DNA of 64,000 bases from Candidatus Lernaella stagnicola. GTDB taxonomy: Bacteria > Lernaellota > Lernaellaia > Lernaellales > Lernaellaceae. The stretch is taken from assembly GCA_030765525.1 (NCBI GenBank), contig JAVCCK010000034.1:86126-150125 (forward strand), read 5' to 3'. A program made the position numbers and the translations under genes. Shown here one piece after another: positions 1-11,500 of the stretch (position 1 is the first letter of the stretch; each line of letters starts with the position of its first letter). The notes beneath the pieces were generated by a model. The model was given only the letters and a program-made list of their open reading frames with translations, was not told the DNA's origin and did no database searches.

Positions 1-986
1 GTTCGCTTCGCGGATATCGGCCACGGTGATGTCTTTGTTGAGTCGCGCGAGGGTGGAATCGTCACCGCTCTCGGCCCCGACGGTCATCTCGCGGAAACCA
101 TTCTCGAAAAGGAAATCCAAGAACTCCTCTTGCCAATGGCGGGCGATGTAATCGGCCCGGCACTCGCCGCGAATCGTGACGCGCAACCCTTTGGCGCGTA
201 GGCCGTCGGCAATACCTTCGACGCGCGCGCGGTCGACATAGAAATTGTCGTCCTTGATCAAAATACCCTGAATTCCGAATTGCTTGGTGATCGTCTCGAT
301 ATGCTCTACGACGGCGTCGGCAGGTTGCGCGTGCCAGCGGCGGCCGCCGTAGGGCAGGTTGTAACAATAGGCGCACGCGTTGGGGCAGCCGCGGCTGGTC
401 GTGATCGCCAAGTCCCGCAGGCCGAGGGTTTGGGTCGTGACGTAATCATCCACGTTGACCGCGTCGTAGTCGGGAATCAAAACCTCAGACAAATCGGTGA
501 TGCGCGGGGCGTCGGGCGTGCTTTTCACTTCCTCACCGTCGACCCACGTTAAACCCGGAACGTGCGTCCAATCGCCGCCGTCGACCAGCGCCGTGGCCAA
601 CGCCGCAACGGTCTGTTCGCCGTCACCGCGCACTACGAGGTCGACCAAAGGATGCCGGGCGCTTTGCTCGGGCACGAGCGACACGTGAATGCCGCCCCAC
701 ACAATCGGCGTGTCCGGGGTTGTCCGGCGCACGATTTGCGCGGCCCGCAAGCCCCAGTCAATTTGCGCCCCGGTCATTGCGCTGATACCCACGAAAAGCG
801 CTTCGGGAGCCGCTTCGCGCAGGTTGCGCTTCCATTGCGGATCGATGCGTTGGTCGATGATCACGGGGTCGAATCCGGCGCGGCGTAAGGGGCGCACGAG
901 GTACAACACGGCCAGCGGCAACAGCGATGTGACGTTTTTGATGTCCCAACCGGTGCGGGTATAAACCAAGACGATGCGGCGCTTCA
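1..986 (-). CDS. B12-binding domain radical SAM protein (start codon at 986; C-terminal part runs off window edge)
   Basis: Reverse-complement translation from ATG (rc of cat at 984-986) gives MKRRIVLVYTRTGWDIKNVTSLLPLAVLYLVRPLRRAGFDPVIIDQ... (B12-binding fold) followed by TSRGCPNACAYCYN, a CxxxCxxC radical SAM motif. Open to position 1. Not in ORF track because incomplete. Confidence 0.8.
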
Positions 987-1053
987 TGGCGGCATGGTAG
1001 GTCGCGCGTCGTTCGCGTGCAAGACGGTGATAAACGCGTTACGATATCGACCG

Positions 1054-2442
1054 ATGTCCGCCGATCCACCCATCGTAAAAAGACCGTCCCGCGCGCTCAC
1101 CGTATTGGGCGCGGTGGTCGCCGCTTTGCTGGGCGCCCTGCTTTTTGTAGTCGGCGCGAACGAATACTTGTTTCCTTCCTGGGGACGGTATGTCGCGTTG
1201 GGGGCGGGCGTGGCGATTGGACTGACCCTCCGCCTGGTGCGCCGCGGGGCGGGGCACGAGTTCGCGTGGGCTCTACTGACTCTTTTCCTTTATAACGCTC
1301 ATCTCTCGCTTGGCGGCTACACCTATCTCGGTTGGGTCGCGCCGGTGTTGTTTATCCTGTTGGCGGCGATTCCTTATCCGTTGTTTCGTCGCCGGACGTG
1401 TCTCTGGCGTATTCTCGCCGGCCTGAACGCGGCGTTCTTTGTCGGGCTTGTGCTCTTGATGGTTTATCGTGATTTCAGCTTTGTCGACGAACGAGCACAG
1501 TGTCGAGCCGAGGCGGACAAGGCCCCGTCGTTTGTGCGGGAATTGGGCGGACCGACGCACCCTTACGACTTCGCGGGGAATCCGAAAGACGCAGTGGCCG
1601 GTGTCGCGTACGGTTATGAAAACGAGTTTTACCTGATCGATCGCGACCAACCCACGTTGCGTCGCGGCGGAACCCTGGATGCGCGAATTCAGCGTCTCAC
1701 GCCGCACCCGCAGCAACGCGAATTCTTTGTTCCCTTGTGGGCGCAATGGGGCACGGACGAGCGGATGTTCGTCATGGATATGGATGCCGGAACCAAGGTG
1801 CGGGAAATCGCCGTACCGGGTTGCCGGAATCTTTTCGACGTCGAGTTTTACGGGGGACGGCTGTACGCGTTGTGCGAGGTCAGTCATTCGCTGCACGAGT
1901 TCGACGAAGCGCCGCCGCATCAAGCACGCCGCTCGCTCGTGTTGCCGGGGATGGACAGCTACGACATGGCTATCGACGCTACCCGGGGCGTGGCATTTGT
2001 CAGCGACTGGTTTTCTCCCTGGTTGACGGTCGTGGATCTGGCGTCGATGACCGTCCGCGAAAAAAAGTGGATCGGCTTTTCCTCGTTCGAAGTAAAGCTT
2101 GGCCCCGACGACAACCTGTATGTGGCGCAGATGTTTCTCAGGCGGGTTCTGGTCTTGAACGCGAAAACGTTGGCACGCATCGACACAATTGACGCCGGGT
2201 ATGGGCCGCGGGATTTAGAGTTCGATCTCGACCGCGGTTTGTTGCTCATCGGTAATTACTTCGACGGGACGATCGACTACGTGCGTTTGGCCGACCGGAA
2301 GCGCATCGGACGGGTGTTTGTCGGCCGGCCCCTGCGCGGCTTGTGGTACGACGCCGACTACGACCGGCTCTACGCCGCCTGCGGGTGTGGTGTCAAATTC
2401 GCGAAAACCGGTGACGTATTCGAGGGGCAGGTGCAGCGATAG
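1054..2442 (+). CDS. membrane-anchored protein with beta-propeller-like (YVTN/YncE-type) repeats; hypothetical
   Basis: ORF 994..2442. The likely start is the internal Met (MSADPPIVKRP). The N-terminal ~150 aa are hydrophobic (4 predicted TM helices). The C-terminal 300 aa have repeated hydrophobic-strand/turn motifs (YLIDRD, LYALCEV, GVAFVSDWFSPWLTVVDL, NLYVAQ). Confidence 0.5.
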   Translation: MSADPPIVKRPSRALTVLGAVVAALLGALLFVVGANEYLFPSWGRYVALGAGVAIGLTLRLVRRGAGHEFAWALLTLFLYNAHLSLGGYTYLGWVAPVLFILLAAIPYPLFRRRTCLWRILAGLNAAFFVGLVLLMVYRDFSFVDERAQCRAEADKAPSFVRELGGPTHPYDFAGNPKDAVAGVAYGYENEFYLIDRDQPTLRRGGTLDARIQRLTPHPQQREFFVPLWAQWGTDERMFVMDMDAGTKVREIAVPGCRNLFDVEFYGGRLYALCEVSHSLHEFDEAPPHQARRSLVLPGMDSYDMAIDATRGVAFVSDWFSPWLTVVDLASMTVREKKWIGFSSFEVKLGPDDNLYVAQMFLRRVLVLNAKTLARIDTIDAGYGPRDLEFDLDRGLLLIGNYFDGTIDYVRLADRKRIGRVFVGRPLRGLWYDADYDRLYAACGCGVKFAKTGDVFEGQVQR

Positions 2443-2531
2443 GCAATCATGGGAAAACCTCCGCGCCGTCGAACACGCTGGGTTGATGTTTTCCCTCGTC
2501 GCCGACGCAAAAAAGAGACCAAAACGCCCGT

Positions 2532-3851
2532 TTGATGGGTGTTCGGTCGCCTCGCGGGCGCGAAATCGACTTGACGCGGCGCGTGCGTCGTGTTTCTCTT
2601 AACGTTCCTGAAAACAGGTGGTTTGCATTTGACGACATGTCTTGTTGGATGTCCGTGGTGAGCGAAAAATTGCAACAGAATATCAAAACCTGGCGCGCCG
2701 ATTTGGAGCGCTTTCCGGACAAGCGATTGTACCATCGCCTTGCCGAAGCGCTCCTGTCGCTGGGTGAAGCCGAGGAAGCCCTGCAAGTGGCCGAGGCCGG
2801 GATGGCGCGCCACAAGCGATATTGGTCTTGTCAGGAGGCCATGGGCGCGGTGTTGGTCGCCCTGGGACGTTACGACGAGGCCGTGACGGCGCTGGAAGGT
2901 GTCGCCGAGCACGGGGGTATCGGCGAAGGGAAACGCAACCTGGCCAAAGCGTATTACAGCGCCGGTCGCGATCAGGATGGCGCCCGTGTCTGCAAGGAAC
3001 TGCTCCGCGCCGATCCCTTCGACAAAACCGCCAAGCAGTTGCTCGTAAAAGGCAAAGCCGTGCCGGCTTCGCCGCGCTTTGAGACGCCGCCGGCCGTTGA
3101 GACGCCGGTCCAAGAGCAGCCGGTTGTCCCGATCGAACCCGAACCGATAGCCGAGCCCGAACCTATCGCGGCCGAAGCGCTGATCGAGCCCGAGCCGATT
3201 AGCGAACCTGAACCTATCGCGGCTGAAGCCCCGGCAGCACCGCCGACCGAATCGACAGCGTCGCCGGTCGAACAGCCCGCGGAGAGGTCTGCGGTCGTCG
3301 AAACTCCTTTCGAGGACCTGAGCACCAGCGAGACCGACAGAGTCGTGGACGATTTCTTCGACCCGTTGATGGAAGAGCCCGCTCCGGATCAAGAGGACGA
3401 CGCGCCCGCGCAGCCTGAGGTCGACGAGCCGGAGCCGCCGCCGGAGGAAGATATTGCCGACGAGGACGGCGCGGAGGATTCGGTTGGCGTGCTCTCCGAC
3501 CCCGTCGAGCCTGAGCCGGTGGGCCAGAGGGAAGGCTTCGCGGTCGCGGACGACGCGGATCCCGATGCCGACGATGTCGAACCGGCGCACGAGTACGACC
3601 CGACCGAAGGCATGGATGAAAACGTCGATATCGAAGACGTCGATGTTTTCGGAAGTCTGGACGAGAACAGCGCACCCGAGGCGAGTCCGGATGAAAACGA
3701 GGCGGCGGACGAGGGGGAGGAACTCGAAGACCACGACGACGAACACGAAGATGAAGACGACGCGTCTATCAACGAAGAGCAAGGCGATCATTCAACCAAG
3801 AAGAAAAAACGTCGGCGGCGATGGAAACCGTGGCGGAAGAACAAGGAGTAA
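2532..3851 (+). CDS. TPR-repeat protein with acidic Pro/Glu-rich repeat region and polybasic C-terminal tail; hypothetical
   Basis: N-terminal TPR-like helices (RLYHRLAEALLSLGEAEEALQVAEAG..., YDEAVTALEG..., AKAYYSAGRDQDG...). Middle has tandem EPEPIAEPEPIAAEA repeats, then a D/E-rich segment. Ends KKKKRRRRWKPWRKNKE. An alternative ATG start lies at 2637. Its stop overlaps the aroQ RBS. Confidence 0.6.
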   Translation: MMGVRSPRGREIDLTRRVRRVSLNVPENRWFAFDDMSCWMSVVSEKLQQNIKTWRADLERFPDKRLYHRLAEALLSLGEAEEALQVAEAGMARHKRYWSCQEAMGAVLVALGRYDEAVTALEGVAEHGGIGEGKRNLAKAYYSAGRDQDGARVCKELLRADPFDKTAKQLLVKGKAVPASPRFETPPAVETPVQEQPVVPIEPEPIAEPEPIAAEALIEPEPISEPEPIAAEAPAAPPTESTASPVEQPAERSAVVETPFEDLSTSETDRVVDDFFDPLMEEPAPDQEDDAPAQPEVDEPEPPPEEDIADEDGAEDSVGVLSDPVEPEPVGQREGFAVADDADPDADDVEPAHEYDPTEGMDENVDIEDVDVFGSLDENSAPEASPDENEAADEGEELEDHDDEHEDEDDASINEEQGDHSTKKKKRRRRWKPWRKNKE

Positions 3852-3855
3852 GACC

Positions 3856-4302
3856 ATGCCCCGCGTAAAAATCATTCACGGGCCCTTGCTGGACCGGCTT
3901 GGGGAGCGCGAAACGGATTACTACGGCACCGAACCGTTGGAGGAGATCAACGCCTCTTTGGTGGCCATGGGCGAAGCTGTGGGCGTCGAAGTGGATTGCT
4001 TTCAATCCGACATCGAGGGCGAAATCGTCACCGAGATCGCCAACTGCCGTGGCAAGTGCAATTTCCTCATCGTCAATCCGGCCGCGTACTCCCACACGAG
4101 CGTCGCGATATACGACGCAATCGTTTTTTGTCAGGTTCCGACGGTGGAAGTGCATCTATCAAACTTGGCCTCGCGCGAGCCGTTCCGGCGGCAAAGCACG
4201 ATCTCCAGCGTCGTGGTGGGGCGCCTTGAAGGTCTCGGACCGGACGGTTATCGCCTCGCCATGCGATTTTGTTTAGAAAGGTTGACGGCAAATGGCATCT
4301 AG
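3856..4302 (+). CDS. aroQ: type II 3-dehydroquinate dehydratase
   Basis: MPRVKIIHGPLLDRLGERE...IVNPAAYSHTSVAIYDAI...VEVHLSNLASREPFRRQS... is a canonical AroQ sequence of ~148 aa. An AAGGAG RBS lies 6 nt upstream of the ATG. The ORF-track 282-aa ORF is an upstream in-frame extension. Confidence 0.85.
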   Translation: MPRVKIIHGPLLDRLGERETDYYGTEPLEEINASLVAMGEAVGVEVDCFQSDIEGEIVTEIANCRGKCNFLIVNPAAYSHTSVAIYDAIVFCQVPTVEVHLSNLASREPFRRQSTISSVVVGRLEGLGPDGYRLAMRFCLERLTANGI

Positions 4303-5368
4303 ACTCGAGCGGTTACGGCAGGCTTTACGCGAGAAAAGCTTTGAAGCGGCGTATGTATCTTATCTACCGAACGTCCGGTATCTGGCCGGGTTTACGGGGA
4401 CCGAAGGGTCGCTGTTGGTCACGGCCGACACCGCGCTCTTTTTCACGGACTCCCGCTACACCGATCAAGCCGGGAAGCAAGTGACGCCGCATGGGTTCAA
4501 GGTCGTCCAGTTTCAGAAAAAACTGGAAGAAATCGGCGTGAAAGTTCAGGAGTTGGGTATCGCGCAACTCGGCATCGAAGACAAAGCGATGACCGTGGCC
4601 ATGCACCGTGATTTCGCCACGCACTTGGGCGAGGTCAAGGCGACGCCGCTCGGCGGGTTGGTCACCAATTTGCGCGTTATCAAGGACGAGGCGGAACAGG
4701 AAAAAATCCGCCGCGCCGTTCAGGTGCAGGAACAGGCGATGGAGAAGATTCTGCCGATGATCGTGCCCGGTGCGGTCGAGCGCGACATCGCCTTTGAACT
4801 CGAAACCGAGATGCGGCGGCTCGGCGCCACAAGCCCGTCGTTCGATACGATCGTCGGTTCTGGGCCGCGCGGGGCCATGCCGCACGGCGTGGCTTCGGAC
4901 AAGGAAATTGCGGCCGGCGAGTTGGTCGTGCTCGATTGGGGTTGCGTGGTTGACGGTTATTGTTCCGATCAGACGCTGACGGTCGCTGTCGGCGAAGCGG
5001 CTGATCCGGAGGCCCACAAAGTCTACGACATCGTTTATAAAGCCCAGCGCCAGTGTATTGAATCGATCCGGCCGGGCATGGCCATGAAGGAAATCGATAA
5101 AGTTGCACGCGATGTGATCACCGAGGCCGGTTATGGGAAGCTCTTCGGGCATGGGACCGGTCACAGCCTGGGTTTGGAGATTCATGAGGATCCACGGGCC
5201 AGCATGCTCGGTGAGGGCAACGCGCAAATAGGGATGGTTTTCACCGTTGAACCCGGCATCTATTTGTCGGGACGCTTCGGCGTGCGCCTCGAGGATATCG
5301 TGGTCGTTACCCAGACAGGAGCCGAATGTTTGACCACGATGTCCAAGAAATGGCGATCCACCCTTTAA
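4292..5368 (+). CDS. M24 family Xaa-Pro aminopeptidase/dipeptidase
   Basis: The N-terminal creatinase-like domain begins MASRLERLRQALREKSFEAAYVSYLPNVRYLAGF. The M24 metal-ligand region reads VLDWGCVVDGYCSDQT...HGTGHSLGLEIHEDP...FTVEPGIY. It overlaps aroQ by 11 nt. Confidence 0.85.
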   Translation: MASRLERLRQALREKSFEAAYVSYLPNVRYLAGFTGTEGSLLVTADTALFFTDSRYTDQAGKQVTPHGFKVVQFQKKLEEIGVKVQELGIAQLGIEDKAMTVAMHRDFATHLGEVKATPLGGLVTNLRVIKDEAEQEKIRRAVQVQEQAMEKILPMIVPGAVERDIAFELETEMRRLGATSPSFDTIVGSGPRGAMPHGVASDKEIAAGELVVLDWGCVVDGYCSDQTLTVAVGEAADPEAHKVYDIVYKAQRQCIESIRPGMAMKEIDKVARDVITEAGYGKLFGHGTGHSLGLEIHEDPRASMLGEGNAQIGMVFTVEPGIYLSGRFGVRLEDIVVVTQTGAECLTTMSKKWRSTL

Positions 5369-5539
5369 AAACACGAACTTACACCTTGATTGCCGTACAC
5401 TAATCCAGTAGGTTTTGCTGTGCGGCAAATAAGGTCAATCACGGCAATTTCATGGGGAGGACCGGCCTAACGGCACGGCCTTTGTTTCTGCTGTTGTAGG
5501 GCCCTTTTCACCGATTCGTAATGACACGGGAGTATTGCC

Positions 5540-8500
5540 TTGGCCAAGGACAAAAAAGGTAAAAAGGACGGCTTGCTTAGTAAGCTTAAGGGATCCAAGC
5601 AAAAGAAATACGATCCCGAACTCGCCGAGCTGCAACGTGAGGTGCAGGATGACCCCGCGAATATGCGCGCCCGCCGTAAGTTGGCGGACTACTACCTCAA
5701 GCGGGGCGATAAGCTCAAGGCGCTGGATCAATACCTGACCGTCGCGGAAACCTACGCCGAAAAAGGCTTTTATCCCAAATCCGTAGCCGTGTACAAGCAG
5801 GCGCTGCAGTTGCAGCCGGATATGATCGAAATCTACCTCAAGCTCGCCGGCCTCTACCGCAAACTCGGCCTGATTCCCGAAGTGGTCGAGCAGTACCATA
5901 AGGCCGCTGCGATTTACGAAAACCAGGGCAAAAATCGTGAAGCGTTAGACATGCGCCGCATGATGCTCGACCTGGATCCGTCCAATATCATGGGTCGCCT
6001 GAAGCTTGGACAGAAGTACCTCGAAGGAGGGTTCAAAACCGAAGCGTCCGCCTCGTTTCTGCGCGTCGCCGAGTTGTTTGAACAACAAGGGAAAACCGCA
6101 GAAAAACAGAAGCTGCTCGAGGGCGTCCTCGATCGCGGTCTCGAGGTTTTCGAAATCCTCTATAAGCTGGTTGAACTTTACCGGGAGCAAGGCCACCCGG
6201 AATTGGCGCTGGCGCGATTGGCCAAACTCAGCGGCGAACTCGCCGGCAGTAGCAGCACGTTGGAGTTGACGGCCGAAATCGCCGCGGAACTCGGCAAGCC
6301 CGCCGTCGCCATCAAGGCGCTGGAACGCGCGAGCGAGCTTTACCGCAAAATCGACCGCATGGACAAAGTGCGCGAGGTGTGTGAGCGCATCTTGGAACTC
6401 GACGTCGACAACGAATACGCCGTTACCCGGCTTTCGGAGATTCCGTCTCCACCTGTGTCGGAAGATATCGAACTCGAGCCTCTGCCGGAAATGGAGGAAG
6501 AAGAAGAGTTCGAAACGATCACGCCGCCGGCTGCCAAGGTCGAAAAGGCTGTCGAAGAGATCACCATCGAGGATGACGAACTGCCGTTGGAAGAGGTGAG
6601 CCCAGAAGAAGAGCCCGTCATCGAGGAAGTCCAGATCGAGGATGATCTGGTGATCGAGGAAGTGGCGCTCGACGAAGAACAACCCGTAGTGGAAGTCGAA
6701 CCGGTCGAGGTGGAAGAGCCCGAGCCTGCCGAAATCGAGGAGATTGCACTCGAGGAAGAGCCGGTCGTCGAAGAAGTTGCGGTGGAAGAAGAGGTCGCGA
6801 TCGAAGAAGTTGCGATGGAAGAGGCCGAACTCGAGGAAGAGCCCGTCGTCGTAGAAGTCGCGATGGAAGAGGAGCCCGTCGTCGAAGAAGTTGCGGCCGA
6901 AGAAGAGGTCGCCGCCGAGGCCGAGGAACCGGTCGAAGAAGAGGCCGAAGAGGAAGGCCCGGACCAGATCGATCTGGGCGAGATGAGCGAAGAGGAAGCA
7001 GCCGAGCGCCTCGACGAGGCGATCGATATTTACTTGAAGTACAACCTGCGCGACAAGGCCGTTGAGTACCTCAACCTGGCGCTGGAGCGGAATCCATCAT
7101 CCCTGCTGGTGCTTGAAAAACTCATGACCGTGCACCGCGACTCCGGCGAGGACGCGAAAGCCGAACAGATTCTCGGCGAACTCATCGAAATCGCGCAGAA
7201 ACAGCAGCGGGTCGAGAAACTCGAGCAATACCTCACGCAGATGCTCGAAGCTTCTCCCGACGATCTGGACACCGCGCTGCGCTTGGCCGAACACTACGAG
7301 GAAACCGAGCCGGAACGCGCCATCGTTCATTTCTTCGACCTCGCCAACCGTCATCGCGACCTCGAAAACGCCGACGAAGCCGAACTCATGCTGGATCGTA
7401 TCTTGGCGATCGATCCCGAACACGAAGGCGCGCACCGCGAACTGCTCGATATTTTCGAACAAAGCGGCCAGATCGACAAAGCCGTCGAGAAGCTGTTCGC
7501 GTTGGCCGAAGCCGCTCGTGATTCCGGCGACACCGAAAGCGCCGAGAATTTCCTCATGCGGGTGTTGGACCATCACTCCAACGAAGATCGCGCACAAGAG
7601 GAATTGTTGGCGCTCTACGACCACGCCGGGGCCACCGACAAGTACGCCGATTTGCTGCGCCGTGTGGCCGATCAAAACGCTCAGGCGGGGCATTACGACC
7701 GCGCACTCGAGCAGTACGGGCAATGGCTCGATTTGGATGAGGACAACCTCGAAGCGCGGGAACGCATCAAAGACCTGTATCTCGAAAAGGGCGACACCGA
7801 CGAAGCCATCGGCATTCTCATCGATATCGCCGAGCGCGCGGCGGACGAGCATCCCACAAAAGCCGCCGAAGCCTTGCGCGAGATTCTCTCTTTGGATTCC
7901 GATCACGTGGCGGCCCGCGAGTCCCTGCGCGACGCGCTGCTGGCGGCCGGGGATGTCGCCGGAGCCGTCAACGAAATGATGACTCTGGCCAAAGCCGCTC
8001 TGGAGAACAGTGAGGCCGAGGAAGCGTTGGGGCATTTGGACGGCGTGCTCGGCGTCGATCCGCGCAACGACCAAGCGCTACGCCGCAAGATTTCCATCCT
8101 GCGCGATCTGGGTCGCGAGGACGAAGCGACCGAACTGCTCTTTGAGATCGCGGCCTTTGCCGAGCGTTCCGGCGACATCGACAAGGCCGAGGCGACGCTT
8201 CGCGAGGTGCTGGCGACCGACGAACACGCCATACGCGCCCGCATCTCGTTGAAGGATCTGTTCCTCAACGCGGGCCTGGAAGACAAAGCCGTAGCCGAGT
8301 TGATCGACTTGGCGCAAACCGCCGAGCAGACCGGAGACAACGATACCGCGCTGGTGTACTGGGGCGAAATCTCCGGCCTCGACCCCGACAATCTCGACGC
8401 GCGCAAGGGGATCGCCCGGTTGCATTTGGCCGGCGGCGACACCGACAGCGCCGTGTCCGAATTGCTTTCTGTGGCCGGCCTTCAAGAGACCGGGGGCGAC

Positions 8501-11500
8501 CTCGACGGCGCGATCGAAACCTTGCGGCAGGCGTTGGAATACGACGAACAGAACGAAGTCGCCGCTTCCCGCTTGATCGAATTGCTGCTGCAGACCGGCC
8601 AAACGGAGCCGGCCGTCGAATTGCTCATGACCGAAGCGGCGCACGCGCGTAGTGCGGGGCGGTTGCCGAAAGCTCGTGATTCATACGAACGGGTCATCGA
8701 GCATGACGGCCGGAACGTCGAGGCGCGCCGGCAACTCAAAGAGGTGTATCTCGGAACCGGGCGGCAGGATCGGGCGATCGAACAGTTGTTCGCCATGGCC
8801 GATCTTTTCAAGGCGCTCGATGAACCGGACAATGTCGAAGCCGCGCTGCGTGAAGTCATCGAACTCGACGGAGAAAATACGGAAGCCGCCACCGCGCTCA
8901 AGGACCACTACTTCGCCAGCGGTCAGCAAGCCGCAGGCTTGGATATGCTCCACGATTTCGTCCAGAAGGCTCGGGCACAACGGGAGATCGAAGAGGCGAA
9001 GACATTCGCCGAGGAAATGTTGGCCGTCCAGAGCGACGACCGCCGCGCCCTGATTGCGCTGGCCGAAATCGCCGTAGAGGAAAACGACACGTTCGCCGCC
9101 GTCGGTCGCTTCCGCACCCTGGCGGGTTTGGCGCTTGCCGAGAACGCCAACGAAGAAGCCGAGCGTCATTTCGCGCGTATCATTGAGTTGGACGACGCCG
9201 ACGCCGAGGCCCGCGCCGAACTAAAAACGCTGCTGCTGGCGCGTGGTGATCGGCTCGGCGCCACCGAGCAATTGTTCGCGCTTGCCGACCTGGCCGGCGA
9301 AGGCGGAGATTCCGACGAAGCGCTTCGCTATTACCGCGAAGTCCTCGAACTCGATTCCCGAAACGAAACGGCGTTAGAGAATTTGGTCGACATCATGGTT
9401 GCCGCCGGCGATGGCGATCAGGCGATCGAAGAGATGTTCCTGCTGGCCGAAATCGCGCGGGAGAAAACCGATTTCACGCGCGCCGAACGTTTCCTGCGGC
9501 AAGTGCTGGATGTCGACGGCGACAATACCCAAGCGCTGGAAATTCTCAGCGATGTGCATATCGCGGGCGGCGAGACGGGCCAGGCGGTCGAGGAACTCTT
9601 CCGCTTGGTAGAGGCGGCCGAGAACGCCGAGGATTATGAACACGCTTTGGGATTGGTCGATCGCGTGCTTGATCTGGATGAGGAAAACATCAACGCGTTG
9701 GGCAAAAAGGCCGACTTACTCGATCTTTTGGAGCGCCACGACGAGGCCGTCGCTTCTCTGCTGCAACTCGCCGGTGCCCAACGGGCGCGCGAACTTGACG
9801 ACCACGCCGAGCGCGCGCTGCGTAAGGCGCAAAAACTCGCGCCGGAAGACCAAGGTGTTCACGACGCCCTGATCGATTTGTTGAGCGGTGCCGAAGATAC
9901 GCAGCCGGTGATCGACGAACTGCTTCGCTTCAACGGCGCGGCGATTGAAGACGGCGACCACGACAAAGCCACCACGGTGGCCCGGCGTATTCTGGACCTC
10001 AATCCGCGCTTCGAACGCGCACACCGCATGCTCATTGACGCGCTCAAGGCGCAGGACGAACTCGAAGCCGCCACCGAAGCGCTCTTCGCGCTCAGCGATC
10101 TGCAGGCCGAAGCCGGCGAGCAGGCGGCGGCGGAGGAGACGATCGAAGAAGTCTTGTCGCTGGAGGCAACCAACCAAGCCGCCATCGACAAACTTACGAT
10201 GTTGATGCTCGACACCGGCCGCCACAGCGAGGCCGTCAAGCTGCTGTTGGCCTTTGGCGATCGGTTGCAGAGGGTTGAGCAATTCGCCGAAGCGCGCACC
10301 GCGTTCGAGCGCGTGCTCGACATCGAAGACGGCGACGCCGAGGCGCTGGGTAAACTCAAGGAATCTTATCTGGTCACGTCCGATATGGCCGAAGCGGTGG
10401 AGATTCTCTTCCGCACGGTCAGCGCCGCGGATTCGCGTCACGAAGAGGACTTGGCGTTCGACTCGTTGCGCGAAATCCTTGAACTGGACGAGCGCAACAT
10501 CGAGGCGTTCGAAGACCTGAAGGCGCGTTTGTTCAAGGCCGACCGGGTCGACGATGCCGTCGATCTCATGCTGATGGCCGACGAAAAAATGCCGCCGGTT
10601 TGGGACGAGGATCGCCGCATCGACAACCTGGAAGAAATTCTTGAGACCGACGAACAGAATAACGAAGCGTTGGAACGGCTCGCCGATATTTTCAAGAGAA
10701 CCGATCAAGCCGATCGCGCGATGGACATTCTTTTCCGGTTGGCCGAACTCGCCGAACAAGACGGCGACAGCGAAGGGGCCGCGGGGCGACTGGGCGACAT
10801 CATCGCCATCGACGGACGCAATCTGCGGGCTCACTTGCGCGTGGCGAATCTCTACGAACAGGCGGGTGATGAGGACGCGCTCGCTGCGCGCCTGTTGACG
10901 ATCGCCCACCTGCAGCAGGACGCGGGTGACTTGGACGAAGCCGCCGCGACTCTTCGCCGCGTGCAGGCAATCGAGAAGTTCGAGGAAAAAGCGCTGCGGG
11001 AACTGGATGATCTCTTCGGCGCGGCGGGCGACGAACAGCAGCGGCTGGAAGTCCGTTTCGAACTTGCCGCCGTGTACGGCCGCCGGGACGATGTCACCGA
11101 GGCCGAGGCGATCTACCTCGGGATTCTCAAGCAGGATACCGACAACCTGCTCGCGCGTGATTCGGTTATCAATCTGTACGCGGAGCACGAGCGCGGTGCC
11201 GATGCCGCGGCGCAGGCGATCGTTCTGGCCGACCGGGCGCGTAAAGCCGAGGACTTTGACGAAGCCATTTCGCGTTACGAGCAGGTGCTGTTCTTCGACG
11301 TGGATAACACTAAAGCAAGGCGTCATTTGAAATCCTTGCTGGTTAAGACCGAGCAGTTCGGGGCTGCGTGCATGCAGCTTCGCGTCTTGGCCGACGCGGC
11401 ACGCGATGGCGACGATTTGATCGCCGTGGAAGACGCTTTGACCGAGCTTTTGCAACTCCAACCGGACGATTTGGACGTACGCCGCGAGTTGGTGGATCTC

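Noticed and set aside
2370-3791. 473-aa minus-strand ORF overlapping the TPR/acidic-repeat gene, plus Ser-rich 3389..3772 (-).
   Set aside because: Antisense shadow ORFs of the GC-rich repeat region with low-complexity products.
3454-4302. 282-aa ORF extending aroQ upstream into the TPR gene.
   Set aside because: The upstream part is an out-of-frame read-through of the preceding gene's acidic tract (R/T/K-rich nonsense). A canonical AAGGAG-N6-ATG at 3856 gives a normal-length AroQ.
4364-5428. 354-aa minus-strand ORF across the M24 peptidase gene.
   Set aside because: Antisense to a gene with canonical metallopeptidase motifs. It has no homology features.
6440-6960. Possibility that the E-rich and poly-Asp nucleotide repeats (also 35690..35830, 22040..22100, 62830..62890) represent CRISPR arrays or non-coding satellites.
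   Set aside because: Repeats are in-frame codon reiterations (gaa/gag, gac/gat) inside well-supported ORFs. There is no repeat-spacer periodicity and no cas genes.
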